NCBI GenBank assembly: GCA_965198115.1
Contig: OZ240241.1
Coordinates: 7,136,001 to 7,200,000 of the forward strand
Origin: Candidatus Latescibacterota bacterium
GTDB lineage: Bacteria; Latescibacterota; UBA2968
DNA length: 64,000 bases
Reading direction: 5' to 3'
In this document: piece after piece, positions 1 to 9,146 of the stretch
Layout: every line of letters begins with the position of its first letter
How positions within the stretch are numbered: the first letter of the stretch is position 1
The notes under the pieces: generated by a model
What the model saw: only the letters and a program-made list of their open reading frames with translations
Told to the model about the DNA's origin: nothing
The model's database searches: none
Program-made: the position numbers and the translations under genes

Positions 1-382
1 CACGCCTCGCCGTCGCGCCGGTAGGGATCGGCCTTGCGGTCGGGACACGCAACCGGCTTGCGATAAGTCCGCGCGTACTCGTTCCCGCCGGGGTCGCAAT
101 AGAAGTAGACGGCCTCGAAGTCCGTCGGAGGCTGACCGGCACCGGAGCACCTTCTCCCTGGCTGGAACCTTTCAGGTCCTTCTCCGCCGGTTTCATGCAG
201 ACGGCCGCGAGAATCGCTTTGTAATCGCAGCCCGCATGACAATGGACCAGGATCTTCCCGTTGTCACACTCGCGGATAGACAGGGACGGGGTCCTGTCAT
301 CGTGCGCAGGGCATTGAGCCGTCCATTTACGCTCGCCGACCGAGCGGACGCCTCTTAGCCGATCAAGAATCTGAAGGCTCAT
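1..382 (-). CDS. Phage/plasmid primase-type protein, N-terminal CHC2-like zinc finger (runs off window start)
   Basis: Manual minus-strand translation from ATG at 382: MSLQILDRLRGVRSVGERKWTAQCPAHDDRTPSLSIRECDNGKILVHCHAGC. The CPAHDD..PSLSI..HCHAGC motif is typical of mobile-element primases. Starts 2 nt after the alpA stop. Confidence 0.75.
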   Translation of the reverse strand, partial: MSLQILDRLRGVRSVGERKWTAQCPAHDDRTPSLSIRECDNGKILVHCHAGCDYKAILAAVCMKPAEKDLKGSSQGEGAPVPVSLRRTSRPSTSIATPAGTSTRGLIASRLRVPTARPIPTGATARR

Positions 383-384
383 GA

Positions 385-606
385 TCAGGCCGTCCTCCGC
401 CCGGGCGCGTGCACGTCTCGCGGGTCGGCTTCGGTCTGCTGTGCAATCCAGCGCTCGATGTCTTCTTCCCTCCACGCCACCGCCCGCTTGCCGACGCGGC
501 ACGGGCGAGGAAACGTCCCCTCGGTCATTTTCTGATAGATCGTGCCTCGGGACAGACCGGTGCGGGCTTCGACCTCGGGACGGCGTAAGAATCGTTGGTT
601 GATCAT
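385..606 (-). CDS. alpA: AlpA-family phage regulator/excisionase (HTH)
   Basis: FLRRPEVEARTGLSRGTIYQKM.EGTFPRP.RVG.RAVAW.E.DIE.WI matches the AlpA consensus; GGAGG-type RBS upstream. Confidence 0.9.
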   Translation of the reverse strand: MINQRFLRRPEVEARTGLSRGTIYQKMTEGTFPRPCRVGKRAVAWREEDIERWIAQQTEADPRDVHAPGRRTA

Positions 607-1019
607 CTCGGCTTTCCTCCTTCTTTAAGGGTTATTGGTTGTCATGCTCTCTTGGGGGGTTATTGACCACACTCCGATTGCCGTTACCAGTCGCCCTATT
701 TCTTCTTAACTACTTGTTGTACAGTGAATTATGCGATTCATGCGGCTGGCATCAGGACTGGATAAGCAAGGTGAAGCAGATGGCAAAGTTATTTTGTCTC
801 CTGCCGAGGGAAGAACTCGTGAGAGGATAGCTGCTTTGAGGTGATCGGAATATATCAGTATATTTATTATGTGAAGGGCCGACAGTACAAGGACGCCGAC
901 TAGAGACGGCGCCGTAGCAAAGGGGCTCCCCGAATCCACCTTCAGAGATAAGTTCCAGCGCCCCGGGGTTTTCTTGGACACTCCGTTGACCTACAGTAGG
1001 TCGAAAAGGAGGGTCCACC

Positions 1020-1403
1020 ATGAACAAGGCTACTAGGGGATCGGTTGGGGCGGAGCGAGCGAGAGCGAGCGGAGGCCCAGCCGATCCAAGCGCGACTTCG
1101 CAGGGTCGTTTCTCCGTGAAGAAGAAGGCCGAAGCCGTATTACGTGTGATGCGTGGCGAGAGCCTCGACAGCGTCTCTCGCGATCTGGGAGTAACGGCAG
1201 CTAAATTGAGCGAGTGGCGCGATCAGTTCCACTCTGGCGCCCAGGCCGCACTACGCTCTCGTCCGAGCGACGAGCGTGACGAGAGGGTCAAGGACCTCCA
1301 GGCGAAGATTGGCGAGCTCACGATGGACAACGAGCTGCTGCAACAAAGAATCGATCGTCTGGAAGCCCGCCGCCCTTTGGCGCATCGGAGGTCGCGGAAA
1401 TGA
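1020..1403 (+). CDS. IS3-family transposase OrfA (HTH)
   Basis: RFSVKKKAEAVLRVMRGESLDSVSRDLGVTAAKLSEWR HTH followed by a leucine-zipper-like LQAKIGELTMDNELL; ATGA overlap with OrfB. Confidence 0.85.
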   Translation: MNKATRGSVGAERARASGGPADPSATSQGRFSVKKKAEAVLRVMRGESLDSVSRDLGVTAAKLSEWRDQFHSGAQAALRSRPSDERDERVKDLQAKIGELTMDNELLQQRIDRLEARRPLAHRRSRK

Positions 1404-2293
1404 GTGAGGTCCTTTCGCCCTCCACGGGGAGACGCTACAGCATTAAACGCGTGTGCAAAGTGTGGCAGATACCCCGTTCCACGGTGCACAGCCAGCTTCG
1501 TCGTTCATCCGTAACCGATCTTCGGCAACCCCGGAAGCGAGGCCCGGTCGGAGCGGGTACCGATGAGGAATTGGTCTCCCTCATTCAGCAGGAGATCGAC
1601 GCGTCACCCTTCCACGGCGAAGGATACTGCAAGATCTGGGCCAGGCTTCGCTTTCACGGTATGCGGACGTCAAAGGATCGGGTCCGCCGGTTGATGCGTG
1701 AAAACGGGCTCCAGGCGCGTCCAGGACGGCGTCGCGAACGACGAGCCCACGATGGCACGATTACGACCGAGAAGCCCGATCAGATGTGGGGCACCGACCT
1801 GACTGTGACGCCCACGGTCGACGAGGGCAGAGCCTCCGTGTTTATCGCGATCGACCACTGCACGTGCGAGTGTGTGGGCATTCACGCCTCCAAGACGGCC
1901 AACCGCTTTGAGGCTCTCGAGCCGATCCGACAGGGCATCCGTGAACACTTCGGGGGCTTCGAAGAAAACATCGCCGAAGGACTGGAGCTCCGACACGATC
2001 ACGGGTCACAATACGTCTCTGACGACTTCCAGAACGAGATCGCATTCCTCGGCGTCCAAACATCGCCGAGTTTCGTGCGTGAGCCAGAAGGCAACGGATG
2101 CGCCGAGCGGTTCATCCGTACCCTCAAAGAAAACCTCCTGTGGGTTAGACACTTCAGTACCATCGAAGACCTGCGCCTCGCACTCCTTGAGTTTCGGGAC
2201 AGATACAACCACAGGTGGATCATCGAACGTCACGGCTACAAGACGCCCGAACAGGCTAGAAACGCACTCACGGCAACTCGAAAGGCCGCCTGA
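1400..2293 (+). CDS. IS3-family transposase OrfB (rve DDE integrase core)
   Basis: DDE motifs WGTD, RHDHGSQY, GNGCAERFIRTLKE; C-terminal YN.R...HGYKTP. Confidence 0.92.
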   Translation: MSEVLSPSTGRRYSIKRVCKVWQIPRSTVHSQLRRSSVTDLRQPRKRGPVGAGTDEELVSLIQQEIDASPFHGEGYCKIWARLRFHGMRTSKDRVRRLMRENGLQARPGRRRERRAHDGTITTEKPDQMWGTDLTVTPTVDEGRASVFIAIDHCTCECVGIHASKTANRFEALEPIRQGIREHFGGFEENIAEGLELRHDHGSQYVSDDFQNEIAFLGVQTSPSFVREPEGNGCAERFIRTLKENLLWVRHFSTIEDLRLALLEFRDRYNHRWIIERHGYKTPEQARNALTATRKAA

Positions 2294-2597
2294 ATACACT
2301 CACCCGAGTGTCCAGACAACCGCGGGCTTTACACCTTCAGAGATAAGTGCTCCGGAGGACGGTGCAGTAGATCTGCGAGTAGTAAGGCAGAACGGCAAGC
2401 CTCGCACAGCAGATCATTCGGACGACACTGTGAGAGTCAGGGATTTCAATGGTAACGAGGTCCTTGATCTGATCAAGGCTCCGTCATTTGGCACCATCGA
2501 TCTCAAAGAGGAATAGTAACGAACATCAAGATCATCGGCTCTGAGGAGTCGATCGACATGTCTGTGATTTAGGGTAACGAGGATCGGTTTATCCCGC

Positions 2598-2657
2598 GCC
2601 CGGATTTCAGGTTTGGGGTCCCCAAGACGACCCTTTCCTGGAGTTCGGGCTTTTTGT
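2598..2657 (+). terminator. Long stem-loop followed by a T-tract upstream of the 2731 gene (terminator/attenuator-like)
   Basis: GCCCGGATTTCAGG pairs with CCTGGAGTTCGGGC (with G-U pairs), inner GGGTC/GACCC, followed by TTTTT. Confidence 0.4.
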
Positions 2658-2730
2658 CTTGAGGGATTGATGAGACCGAGCGTTTTTAGTCAGTTCGCAA
2701 TCTTCGAAACTCAGAGCCCAAGGAGAGACC

Positions 2731-3990
2731 GTGGGAAAGAAGAGGCGGGCCACGTCGGGTCTGTGTGTGGCCGTTTCGGAGGACGTCAGAGCGATCCGCC
2801 AACTGATCGATCGGGTTGTCCGAACGGGCGAGCTTCCCCTTTCCGGCAACGACTCCCCACGTGTCCGGGAGGCTCTGCAGGAACGGGAAGACACTTGGCC
2901 ACGCGGCAGGCGGCGAGAAGAGGTGGGCAGACGTGCCATTGATTGGTGCAGGCGGCTGGTCGTCGCCGAGCTCTTCGCGCGGCCAACCGGCCTGCCGGCG
3001 ATCGCGAGGTCTGTGGAGGCGGATAGCGAGGTCGTGCAGGACGACCTGTCGGTGGTTTCGGCGTACCGGACTCTGGCCTTGGGACTTGGACAGGCCGACG
3101 CTGCACTTTCCAGGACCCGGAGACGAATCGAGAGACTGCAGGTAGACGCCTTCCAAAACTTGGCCGAGGCAGGCGGATTGGAGCCACGGCGGAGAATCAG
3201 GAACGAGATAACCGACCGGGAGGTGAAGCTCTGCGAATTGCTGATGAAGTTGGGGTTCCTCGGACCGATCGGGCGCTCCCTGCGGGAGGGGGAGTCCGAC
3301 GCGGAGCGTGGCGTGAGGGATCCCGCCGGTCCTCCACCAGGTACCGGCAAACCGTATCAAGGACAAGAGTACATCGCAGCGATCAGCCAGCTGACAGAGG
3401 CCGTGGTCTACCCAGATGAACTGCCCGTATACGGCGCCGGCTCCGTGCGCGTCCTGAAGATCCTACAACAGGGCGGGGACAAGTGGACCGCTGGAAGGAA
3501 GGAGCGAGGGTCGGATGAGCACATGGCCGTATGGGCGAGACGGCTGCTGGTCGCCGCACAGTTGGCCGAGGGAGTTGGACCTGCACACATCGCGGCGTCG
3601 GACGTAGACAGATCGGTCGTGTACAACGACATCAGGGCCCTCAACGAGCACGGACTCCTTATGCCTGGTCGCGAGCCGGCGAAGGATGTGATCGCCAAGA
3701 TCCTGATCCGCTTGGAGTACTTGCAGAGGGCTGCTTTCGAGGATCTGATCGATGCGGAGGAGGCAGAAGCTTTGCTACGGCTCAGGATACGGGTCGAGAT
3801 CGAGAAGAGGGAGCTTGCGACATTCGAGATCCTCAAGGAACTCGGGATCTTCGACTCGTTAGGTTGGCACCAAGAAAACCCAAGCGTGCTTCGAGGTCCT
3901 CGATGCTCTGCCGGCCGCACACAAACATTCAAGGTCGGTGCATGCACCTATCGGGTGAATTACATCCCATTCAAGGAGCAAGAAGCCTAG
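2731..3990 (+). CDS. Hypothetical protein with two tandem HTH + helical modules (terminase-small-subunit-like)
   Basis: Internal duplication: WCRRLVVAELF..IARSVEADSEVVQDDL..RIERLQVDAF..RIRNEITDRE..LMKLGFL versus WARRLLVAAQL..IAASDVDRSVVYNDI..RLEYLQRAAF..RIRVEIEKRE..LKELGIF. GGAGAG RBS upstream. Confidence 0.6.
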   Translation: MGKKRRATSGLCVAVSEDVRAIRQLIDRVVRTGELPLSGNDSPRVREALQEREDTWPRGRRREEVGRRAIDWCRRLVVAELFARPTGLPAIARSVEADSEVVQDDLSVVSAYRTLALGLGQADAALSRTRRRIERLQVDAFQNLAEAGGLEPRRRIRNEITDREVKLCELLMKLGFLGPIGRSLREGESDAERGVRDPAGPPPGTGKPYQGQEYIAAISQLTEAVVYPDELPVYGAGSVRVLKILQQGGDKWTAGRKERGSDEHMAVWARRLLVAAQLAEGVGPAHIAASDVDRSVVYNDIRALNEHGLLMPGREPAKDVIAKILIRLEYLQRAAFEDLIDAEEAEALLRLRIRVEIEKRELATFEILKELGIFDSLGWHQENPSVLRGPRCSAGRTQTFKVGACTYRVNYIPFKEQEA

Positions 3991-4199
3991 GTCCGGATAG
4001 GGGGGCACCCACCCCCGTACGGAGTTTTCAAGATGTCAACAAAGCATCGGGCTCAGACCCGCAGAGACAAGCGTCCAGCCAAGAAGCGGACAAGACGCAT
4101 CAAGGTTCGAGGTCGGACCTGTCGTGGAAGACAGAAGGAAGGCGCTAGGCCTGCCGTCCTTCTTCGAGGACAAGAAGCAGCTCGCCCAGGCGCGGCAGT

Positions 4200-4631
4200 G
4201 TGATCGAGACACGCGGCGTGAGCAGGCAGCAAGAGCGCAACACACTCTACGCATACCAAGCCTACACGGTGTTGGAGGGAGCGAAGGGAGCGGGACTATA
4301 CCCGAGGTACCGGTTTCTATGGGATGAGCTAGGCGCGGAGCAGACGTCGTGGGCAAAAAAGCCGACGCTGCTGGCAGAATTAGGACGTCTTAGGGACGCC
4401 AAGAAGATTCGGGACGTGGCGAAGGAATTGCTCTGCGAGTATCAGCCCAGCACAACCGTCGCGGTGACCGTCATTCGAGCAGTCCGCGTAGGACGTCGGG
4501 CGTTGTGGTCGCCAACGAGGATCCTCGACCGCGTCGAGCGCGAACTTGAGGGAGCCAGCCTCAAGGGTCAGTCTCGGAAACAGCGGCTTCGGTTCATCGC
4601 GAGTATCCTCGTTGCGAGTCCCGGAGATTGA
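4200..4631 (+). CDS. Hypothetical island protein (true start possibly in another frame near 4124)
   Basis: 143-aa ORF with protein-like composition (TLLAELGRL); no recognisable family. Confidence 0.4.
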   Translation: MIETRGVSRQQERNTLYAYQAYTVLEGAKGAGLYPRYRFLWDELGAEQTSWAKKPTLLAELGRLRDAKKIRDVAKELLCEYQPSTTVAVTVIRAVRVGRRALWSPTRILDRVERELEGASLKGQSRKQRLRFIASILVASPGD

Positions 4632-5057
4632 GCCACATGGTCTTAAGTTGAGAGCCTCAAAGTCCTTACCGATCAGTAGCCCTGCCACTGACAAGCTTCG
4701 CTCGGTCCCAGAATAGACGCTTGGATTCCGGGAGTTCTGCGTGCCTGATGCTACCTGCATGGTTTGGCGTCGGTTTCGTGCTCTTCGAGCATTCATCGAG
4801 GTCCTATCCCCAACCCACCAGGTACCAGCCATCAGGAGGATCAGTATGGCGGCCAGAACCCCAGCTTCCCGGCCAGAGAGTCGGAATCCCAGGCACCAGG
4901 AATATGACACTGCCCTTCACGATCCATTCGCCCCGTCTATAATCTCTGTTTAAACCTGCAACCACGTCATCGCATACCATAGATTTCTAACCGCTTCGTC
5001 TTCTTAGTCTTCTTGGCCTTCTTCGTGCGCTTCACCGGGTTCGACACGCATAAAAAT

Positions 5058-6477
5058 GGCTCTATCCGGGTTTCTCAACGGTGAAACTATAGAATGACAA
5101 GGTCATAGATCGTTCCCTACGCTTGGTTGTGTGTGTAGGACAATCAAAGCGAAGGGGGTGCGACCTATGACCGGGAGCAGATTACTATCGAAACTGCTGA
5201 GATTCAAGGGGTTCCGTGTTGTCAGCTGGTGGTTTGAGGGGAGAAGCTGTTTCGTCATCGCCGTAAAGCCACATAAGAATGGTTGTTGTTGTCCGGAGTG
5301 CGGCTGTCGAGGTAAAATCGTCCGCACAATGCCCCATCCGCGTCGGTGGCGTGACATTCCGGTGTGCGGGTGGAGGGTCTGGCTTCTCTACCATCCTCGG
5401 GAGATTCGGTGTCCTACCCACGGTCGTGTGGTCGAGGAGATTCCGTGGGCGGAGCGGTTCTCTCGGGTGACGTATCGCTTCGAGTATGCCATGCTGCGCT
5501 ACTGCCAGACCATGACGCAGAAGGCGGCGTCCGAGTTGCTGCGCATCTCTGCCTCGACGCTGTCGGATCTCCTTCACCGATCCATCACGCGGCTTCGTGA
5601 AGGTCATCGTATCCGAGGGCTCAAAACCATCGGGATCGACGAGATCTCCTACGCCAAGCGTCACAGGTACGCCACGCTCGTTTACGATCTGGACCGCTCC
5701 TGCGTGGTGTGGGTTGGCCGCGGCAGGGCGCGTAAAACGATCGATCGGTTCTTCACAGAGGCTCTCAGTCCCTACCGGAGATCCAAGATCGAGTGGGCCT
5801 GCTGCGACATGAGCGAAGCTTACATCGGAGCCATCCAGGAACACTGTCCGAATGCCAAGCTGGTCCTCGATCGCTTTCACATCGTCAAGGCTCTCAATGC
5901 CGCCGTTGACGAGGTCCGTAAGGACCAGTGGCGTAAAGCTGCCCCGGATGAGCGCAAAGCTATGAAGGGCCTCCGATGGCTCCTCTACCGGCACTCAGCG
6001 ACACGCTCCAGAGGGGATACTCGGACACTCAAAGCACTGGAGAAGGCGAACTACCGAATCTATAGAGCCTGGAGACTCAAGGACGAGTTCGAGCAGTTCT
6101 GGGAATACAAAGCGCCCTGGGCTGCCGAACGCTTCCTGAAATGCTGGACGACGTCCGCACTCAGAAGTCGACTTGAACCCCTGCGAAAGTTCGTCAGGAC
6201 CCTGCGACAGCACTTCTTCGGCGTCCTCGCATTCGTGAACACGCGTCTTACCAACGCCATCGCCGAAGGCCTCAACCGAATCGTCCAAATCGTCAAGAAC
6301 CGAGCCAGCGGATTCCGCACACTCGACGCATTCAACGATATGATCTTCCTTACCGTCGGAGACATAAACATCCCTGAGCAGATTCCGAAGAGGTTCCGCA
6401 CACTCTAACCGCGCCCCCATGCCAGGAACCACGGCACCTTCACCCACTTCATCTCGTTGAGAGATCCGGATATAGCC
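5058..6477 (+). mobile_element. ISL3-family insertion sequence, copy 1 (1420 bp)
   Basis: IRs GGCTCTATCCGGGTTTCTCAACG and CGTTGAGAGATCCGGATATAGCC; AT-rich duplication TAAAAAT at 5051-5057 and 6478-6484. Confidence 0.95.
5131..6408 (+). CDS. ISL3-family transposase
   Basis: Zn finger CPECG..CPTHG, IGIDEISY, ACCDMS, DRFH, TNAIAEGLN..RASGFR. Confidence 0.95.
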   Translation: MCRTIKAKGVRPMTGSRLLSKLLRFKGFRVVSWWFEGRSCFVIAVKPHKNGCCCPECGCRGKIVRTMPHPRRWRDIPVCGWRVWLLYHPREIRCPTHGRVVEEIPWAERFSRVTYRFEYAMLRYCQTMTQKAASELLRISASTLSDLLHRSITRLREGHRIRGLKTIGIDEISYAKRHRYATLVYDLDRSCVVWVGRGRARKTIDRFFTEALSPYRRSKIEWACCDMSEAYIGAIQEHCPNAKLVLDRFHIVKALNAAVDEVRKDQWRKAAPDERKAMKGLRWLLYRHSATRSRGDTRTLKALEKANYRIYRAWRLKDEFEQFWEYKAPWAAERFLKCWTTSALRSRLEPLRKFVRTLRQHFFGVLAFVNTRLTNAIAEGLNRIVQIVKNRASGFRTLDAFNDMIFLTVGDINIPEQIPKRFRTL

Positions 6478-6863
6478 TAAAAATAGGTCGCCGGGCTGGC
6501 ACTCGAAGAACCCACACAGACGCTCGAGCGCCTCGACGTCCAGTCGCTTCATCCGGCTGTGGTAGATGTCGGAAATAGTCGCAGGCCGAATCTTTGTGGC
6601 GTCCGCAACTTGCTTCTGATTCAACGGCCCGCCTTCGGCTCCCGCTTCGGGTTGCGGAATCCCCCCAAAACCTCCGAACACCTGGAGCTTGAACTGGCGC
6701 CCGAAAACTACCGGCTCAAGCTGAGTTCGCTGCCCAAGGTCTGCCCCGACAAGAACTTCAAGTTTCGGGTGACCGGACACCGGCATCCGCTCGAACTCGC
6801 CACGTAGCCCCGGTGGCCGTCGGATCGCCGGGACGATCCCCGGAAACCGGCCCGCCTACCGGC

Positions 6864-8126
6864 TCAGGGGCTGTATACGTAGACCACCGGCAGCTTGGAA
6901 ATGTCGGTGACGCTCCTGTCCGTGTGGTGGTAGATGTTCATCCGTCCCGTGCCGCAGTCGCCGAACCGGTCGCAGGATAGCGTCCCGACCAGGCCGCTCA
7001 TAGCGGTTGCCCCCACCTGCTCGCGCAGTGCCGCCCGGTCTATGTGCAGCCTGTCACCGTCCTCCACGGCAACGGCCTCGATGGCCGAGAGGAGGATGGT
7101 GGTCGCATCGTAGGTGTGCGCCCAATAGGGTGACCCGGGGAACCCGCCGTGCCTGGCCTCGAACGCGGCGAGAACCTGCTCCCCGCTCCGTCCTGTCACC
7201 TCGTTGACGTTTGAGCGAAAGTCCGATTCCGGCCCCGCGAAGTAGATCCCCTCCGACTGCGGCGTTTCCAGGAACGCGGAGACCAGCAGCGCGGCCGCTG
7301 AAATCAGGGTCGTCCCTTCAAGCCCGTCGAAGGCCCGGGCCTGCGCGGCAAAGGCCGATCCCTCCGTGATGAACAGCGGGAAGAAGATGGCGTCCGGGCT
7401 GGCGACCGCGAACTGCTCCAGAACCTCCGTCATGTCGGCGTCACCCTTCTCGATTTCTGCCTGGGCCGGCACTTTGCCCCCGAGGGCCGAAAACGCGTCG
7501 GCGAACGCCGCCACAAGGGCGGACGTGTAGGGGTCGCCGTCGTGAACGGTGGCCACGCTCCGCAGCTCCAGCTGGTTGTAGACGAAGTCCGAGAGGGCGC
7601 GTGCCTGGTGGAGGTCGTTGGACGACACGCGAAAGTAACCGGCGTGATAGTCGGGGTTCACGTTGCCGGCTAGGTCGGAGGTGAGCCGCGGCGAGGTGTT
7701 GCTCGGCGAAATCATGACCAGGCCCGCGTCGCTGATGACGGGCGACGCCGCCACGGCCGCGGCCGAGCAGTTTGTTCCGATGACGCCGGCCACCTGCGGG
7801 TCCCCGATGATTCCAAGCGCACCTCCGCGGCCGCCTTCCGGCGAACAACTGGTGTCAACCGGATCGCCCAGGTCGACCTGGCGCCCGTGAACGGGACCCA
7901 TGTCCTCGACGGCGAACTCGGCCCCGTGCCGGGACACGGCCCCCAGCGACGGCGCGACCGTGACCGAAAGCACCATGCGGATCCGCACGGCCTCGCCTGC
8001 CTCCAAAGTGACCGCACCCAGCGGCCCGGGCTCGAATTCCAGCGGTGTGGTTGGACTTTCTTTGCATCCCGGCGTCGCAAGAACGGCGATCAGCGCCGCG
8101 ACGGAAAAAACGATGCGCTTTCGCAT
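6864..8126 (-). CDS. Branched-chain amino-acid ABC transporter substrate-binding lipoprotein (LivK-like), no permeases nearby
   Basis: Lipobox-like LATPGC, DTSCSPEGG, VIGTNCSAAA, MISPSNTSPRLT, YFRVSSND, HTYDATT; start MRKR follows an AAGGAG RBS. Confidence 0.85.
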   Translation of the reverse strand: MRKRIVFSVAALIAVLATPGCKESPTTPLEFEPGPLGAVTLEAGEAVRIRMVLSVTVAPSLGAVSRHGAEFAVEDMGPVHGRQVDLGDPVDTSCSPEGGRGGALGIIGDPQVAGVIGTNCSAAAVAASPVISDAGLVMISPSNTSPRLTSDLAGNVNPDYHAGYFRVSSNDLHQARALSDFVYNQLELRSVATVHDGDPYTSALVAAFADAFSALGGKVPAQAEIEKGDADMTEVLEQFAVASPDAIFFPLFITEGSAFAAQARAFDGLEGTTLISAAALLVSAFLETPQSEGIYFAGPESDFRSNVNEVTGRSGEQVLAAFEARHGGFPGSPYWAHTYDATTILLSAIEAVAVEDGDRLHIDRAALREQVGATAMSGLVGTLSCDRFGDCGTGRMNIYHHTDRSVTDISKLPVVYVYSP

Positions 8127-8206
8127 GAGACCGACTCCTTCTTTTCTGTCATGTGTCGTGGGGTGACGGTCTATCCACCGGCGTGGACAGCCGCGCATCA
8201 CTAACG

Positions 8207-8578
8207 TTAAACCGCCGGTTCGGATCCCACCACTTCCGCCCAGCGAACTTCCCTCATGCCAGGCGTCGAGGGCCGGGCCTGTGCGCGTCTCTGCTGTAGG
8301 CTGCGAAAACCGCTCCGTTTGCGTCGTAGATGCAGGCTGTTGGTAATGTTCGCTTCGACGTTCAGGGACATCAGCAGCTGTTCGGCTGCCTGGTCATCCA
8401 TGAACAGTATCGTCGAAACGCTGTTCTCGCCGATGAGTGCGGCCGTCGAGGAGATCTGCTTGACGAGGTTCGATCGAAACAGTCCGACTTCCTGCTGAAC
8501 GAACACAGCGCTTCCCAACACGAGCACAGTGAAGGCCGTGAAGAGCTGAATCGTGATGAGCTTCTTTCTCATCGTCAT
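8207..8578 (-). pseudogene. N-terminal fragment of a CHASE-type sensor kinase/cyclase
   Basis: MRKKLITIQLFT + TM + LIGENSVSTILFMDDQAAEQLL.SL, typical of CHASE8-like periplasmic sensors; then frameshifts and ends. Confidence 0.6.
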
Positions 8579-8619
8579 TCCGTGTCTCTGCTGATTCGTC
8601 TACGTGTTCAGGTGAGGTC

Positions 8620-8722
8620 CCTATCCTAGTTGAAACTTAAAGGGCTCCTTTCTTACGGGTATACGCTCCTACACGTCTACCCAACGTAAGTTTGGAGCCC
8701 TTTAAGTTTCAACTAGGATAGG
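8620..8722. repeat. 103-bp hairpin element with perfect 29-bp terminal inverted repeats (MITE-like)
   Basis: CCTATCCTAGTTGAAACTTAAAGGGCTCC (8620-8648) is the exact reverse complement of 8694-8722; the interior also pairs (CTTACG/CGTAAG, GGGTA/TACCC). Confidence 0.85.
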
Positions 8723-9030
8723 CACAACACCAACCAATGGGTCATATTATATGAGAACGCGATCTGAGCGTCATTGCGGTCGGCCACCTGGTGGTAGATC
8801 TCGACCAACGCGCAATGGAGGTCAGGATTCGTCGGATACCGGAAATAGCTGGTTCCATAGAACGACACATCCGGCTCGTCCTGGGGGTCGGGACAGAGGA
8901 CCAGCTCGGGTTCGGGCCATTGACGAAAGTCATCGGTCCGGGTGAAGCCCGTCGCACGGCGTCCCCCACCTCGCCAATGATCGACCGTTTCTCGGACCGG
9001 GAGGTATCGGCCACTCCCCGCTCCGATCAC
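8723..9030 (-). pseudogene. Internal fragment of a glycoside-hydrolase-like beta-propeller protein
   Basis: TRTDDFRQWPEPELVLCPDPQDEPD.SFYG...DAQIAFSY resembles GH32/43-like propeller repeats; both ends truncated. Confidence 0.45.
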
Positions 9031-9101
9031 AATTCGTGAAGACGCTTCTTCAGGCCTGAGGGCTGCGATTCTCATGCTCGCCAAGGCGGCGGGGATGAGT
9101 A

Positions 9102-9136
9102 ACTTGTTGACACTGAACTGTACAAGTAACTATACT
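9102..9136 (+). promoter_or_regulatory. Sigma-70 promoter and operator of the toxin-antitoxin operon
   Basis: TTGACA (9107-9112), 18 bp, TATACT (9131-9136); overlapped by inverted repeat ACTTGT (9102-9107)/ACAAGT (9122-9127); ATG follows at 9147. Confidence 0.7.
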
Positions 9137-9146
9137 TTCAGGTGTC

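Larger units (their letters stand above)
954..2333 (+). mobile_element. IS3-family-like insertion sequence (two ORFs)
   Basis: Imperfect terminal IRs sharing TGGACACTC: left 954-985, and right end ...GAGTGTCCAGACAACCGCGGGCTTTACA ending at 2333. Flanked by direct repeat CCTTCAGAGATAAGT (939-953 and 2334-2348). Confidence 0.85.
4967..6625 (-). pseudogene. XRE/Cro-family HTH regulator, interrupted by ISL3 and 5'-truncated
   Basis: LNQKQVADATKIRPATISDIYHSRMKRLDVEALERLCGFFECQPGDLF (about 6625-6485) is a Cro/C1-type HTH. The ISL3 sits at its C-terminus and no start codon remains upstream. Confidence 0.75.

Noticed and set aside
629-665. GGGTTATTG direct repeat upstream of alpA as iterons or operator
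   Set aside because: Only two 9-bp copies; too weak to call.
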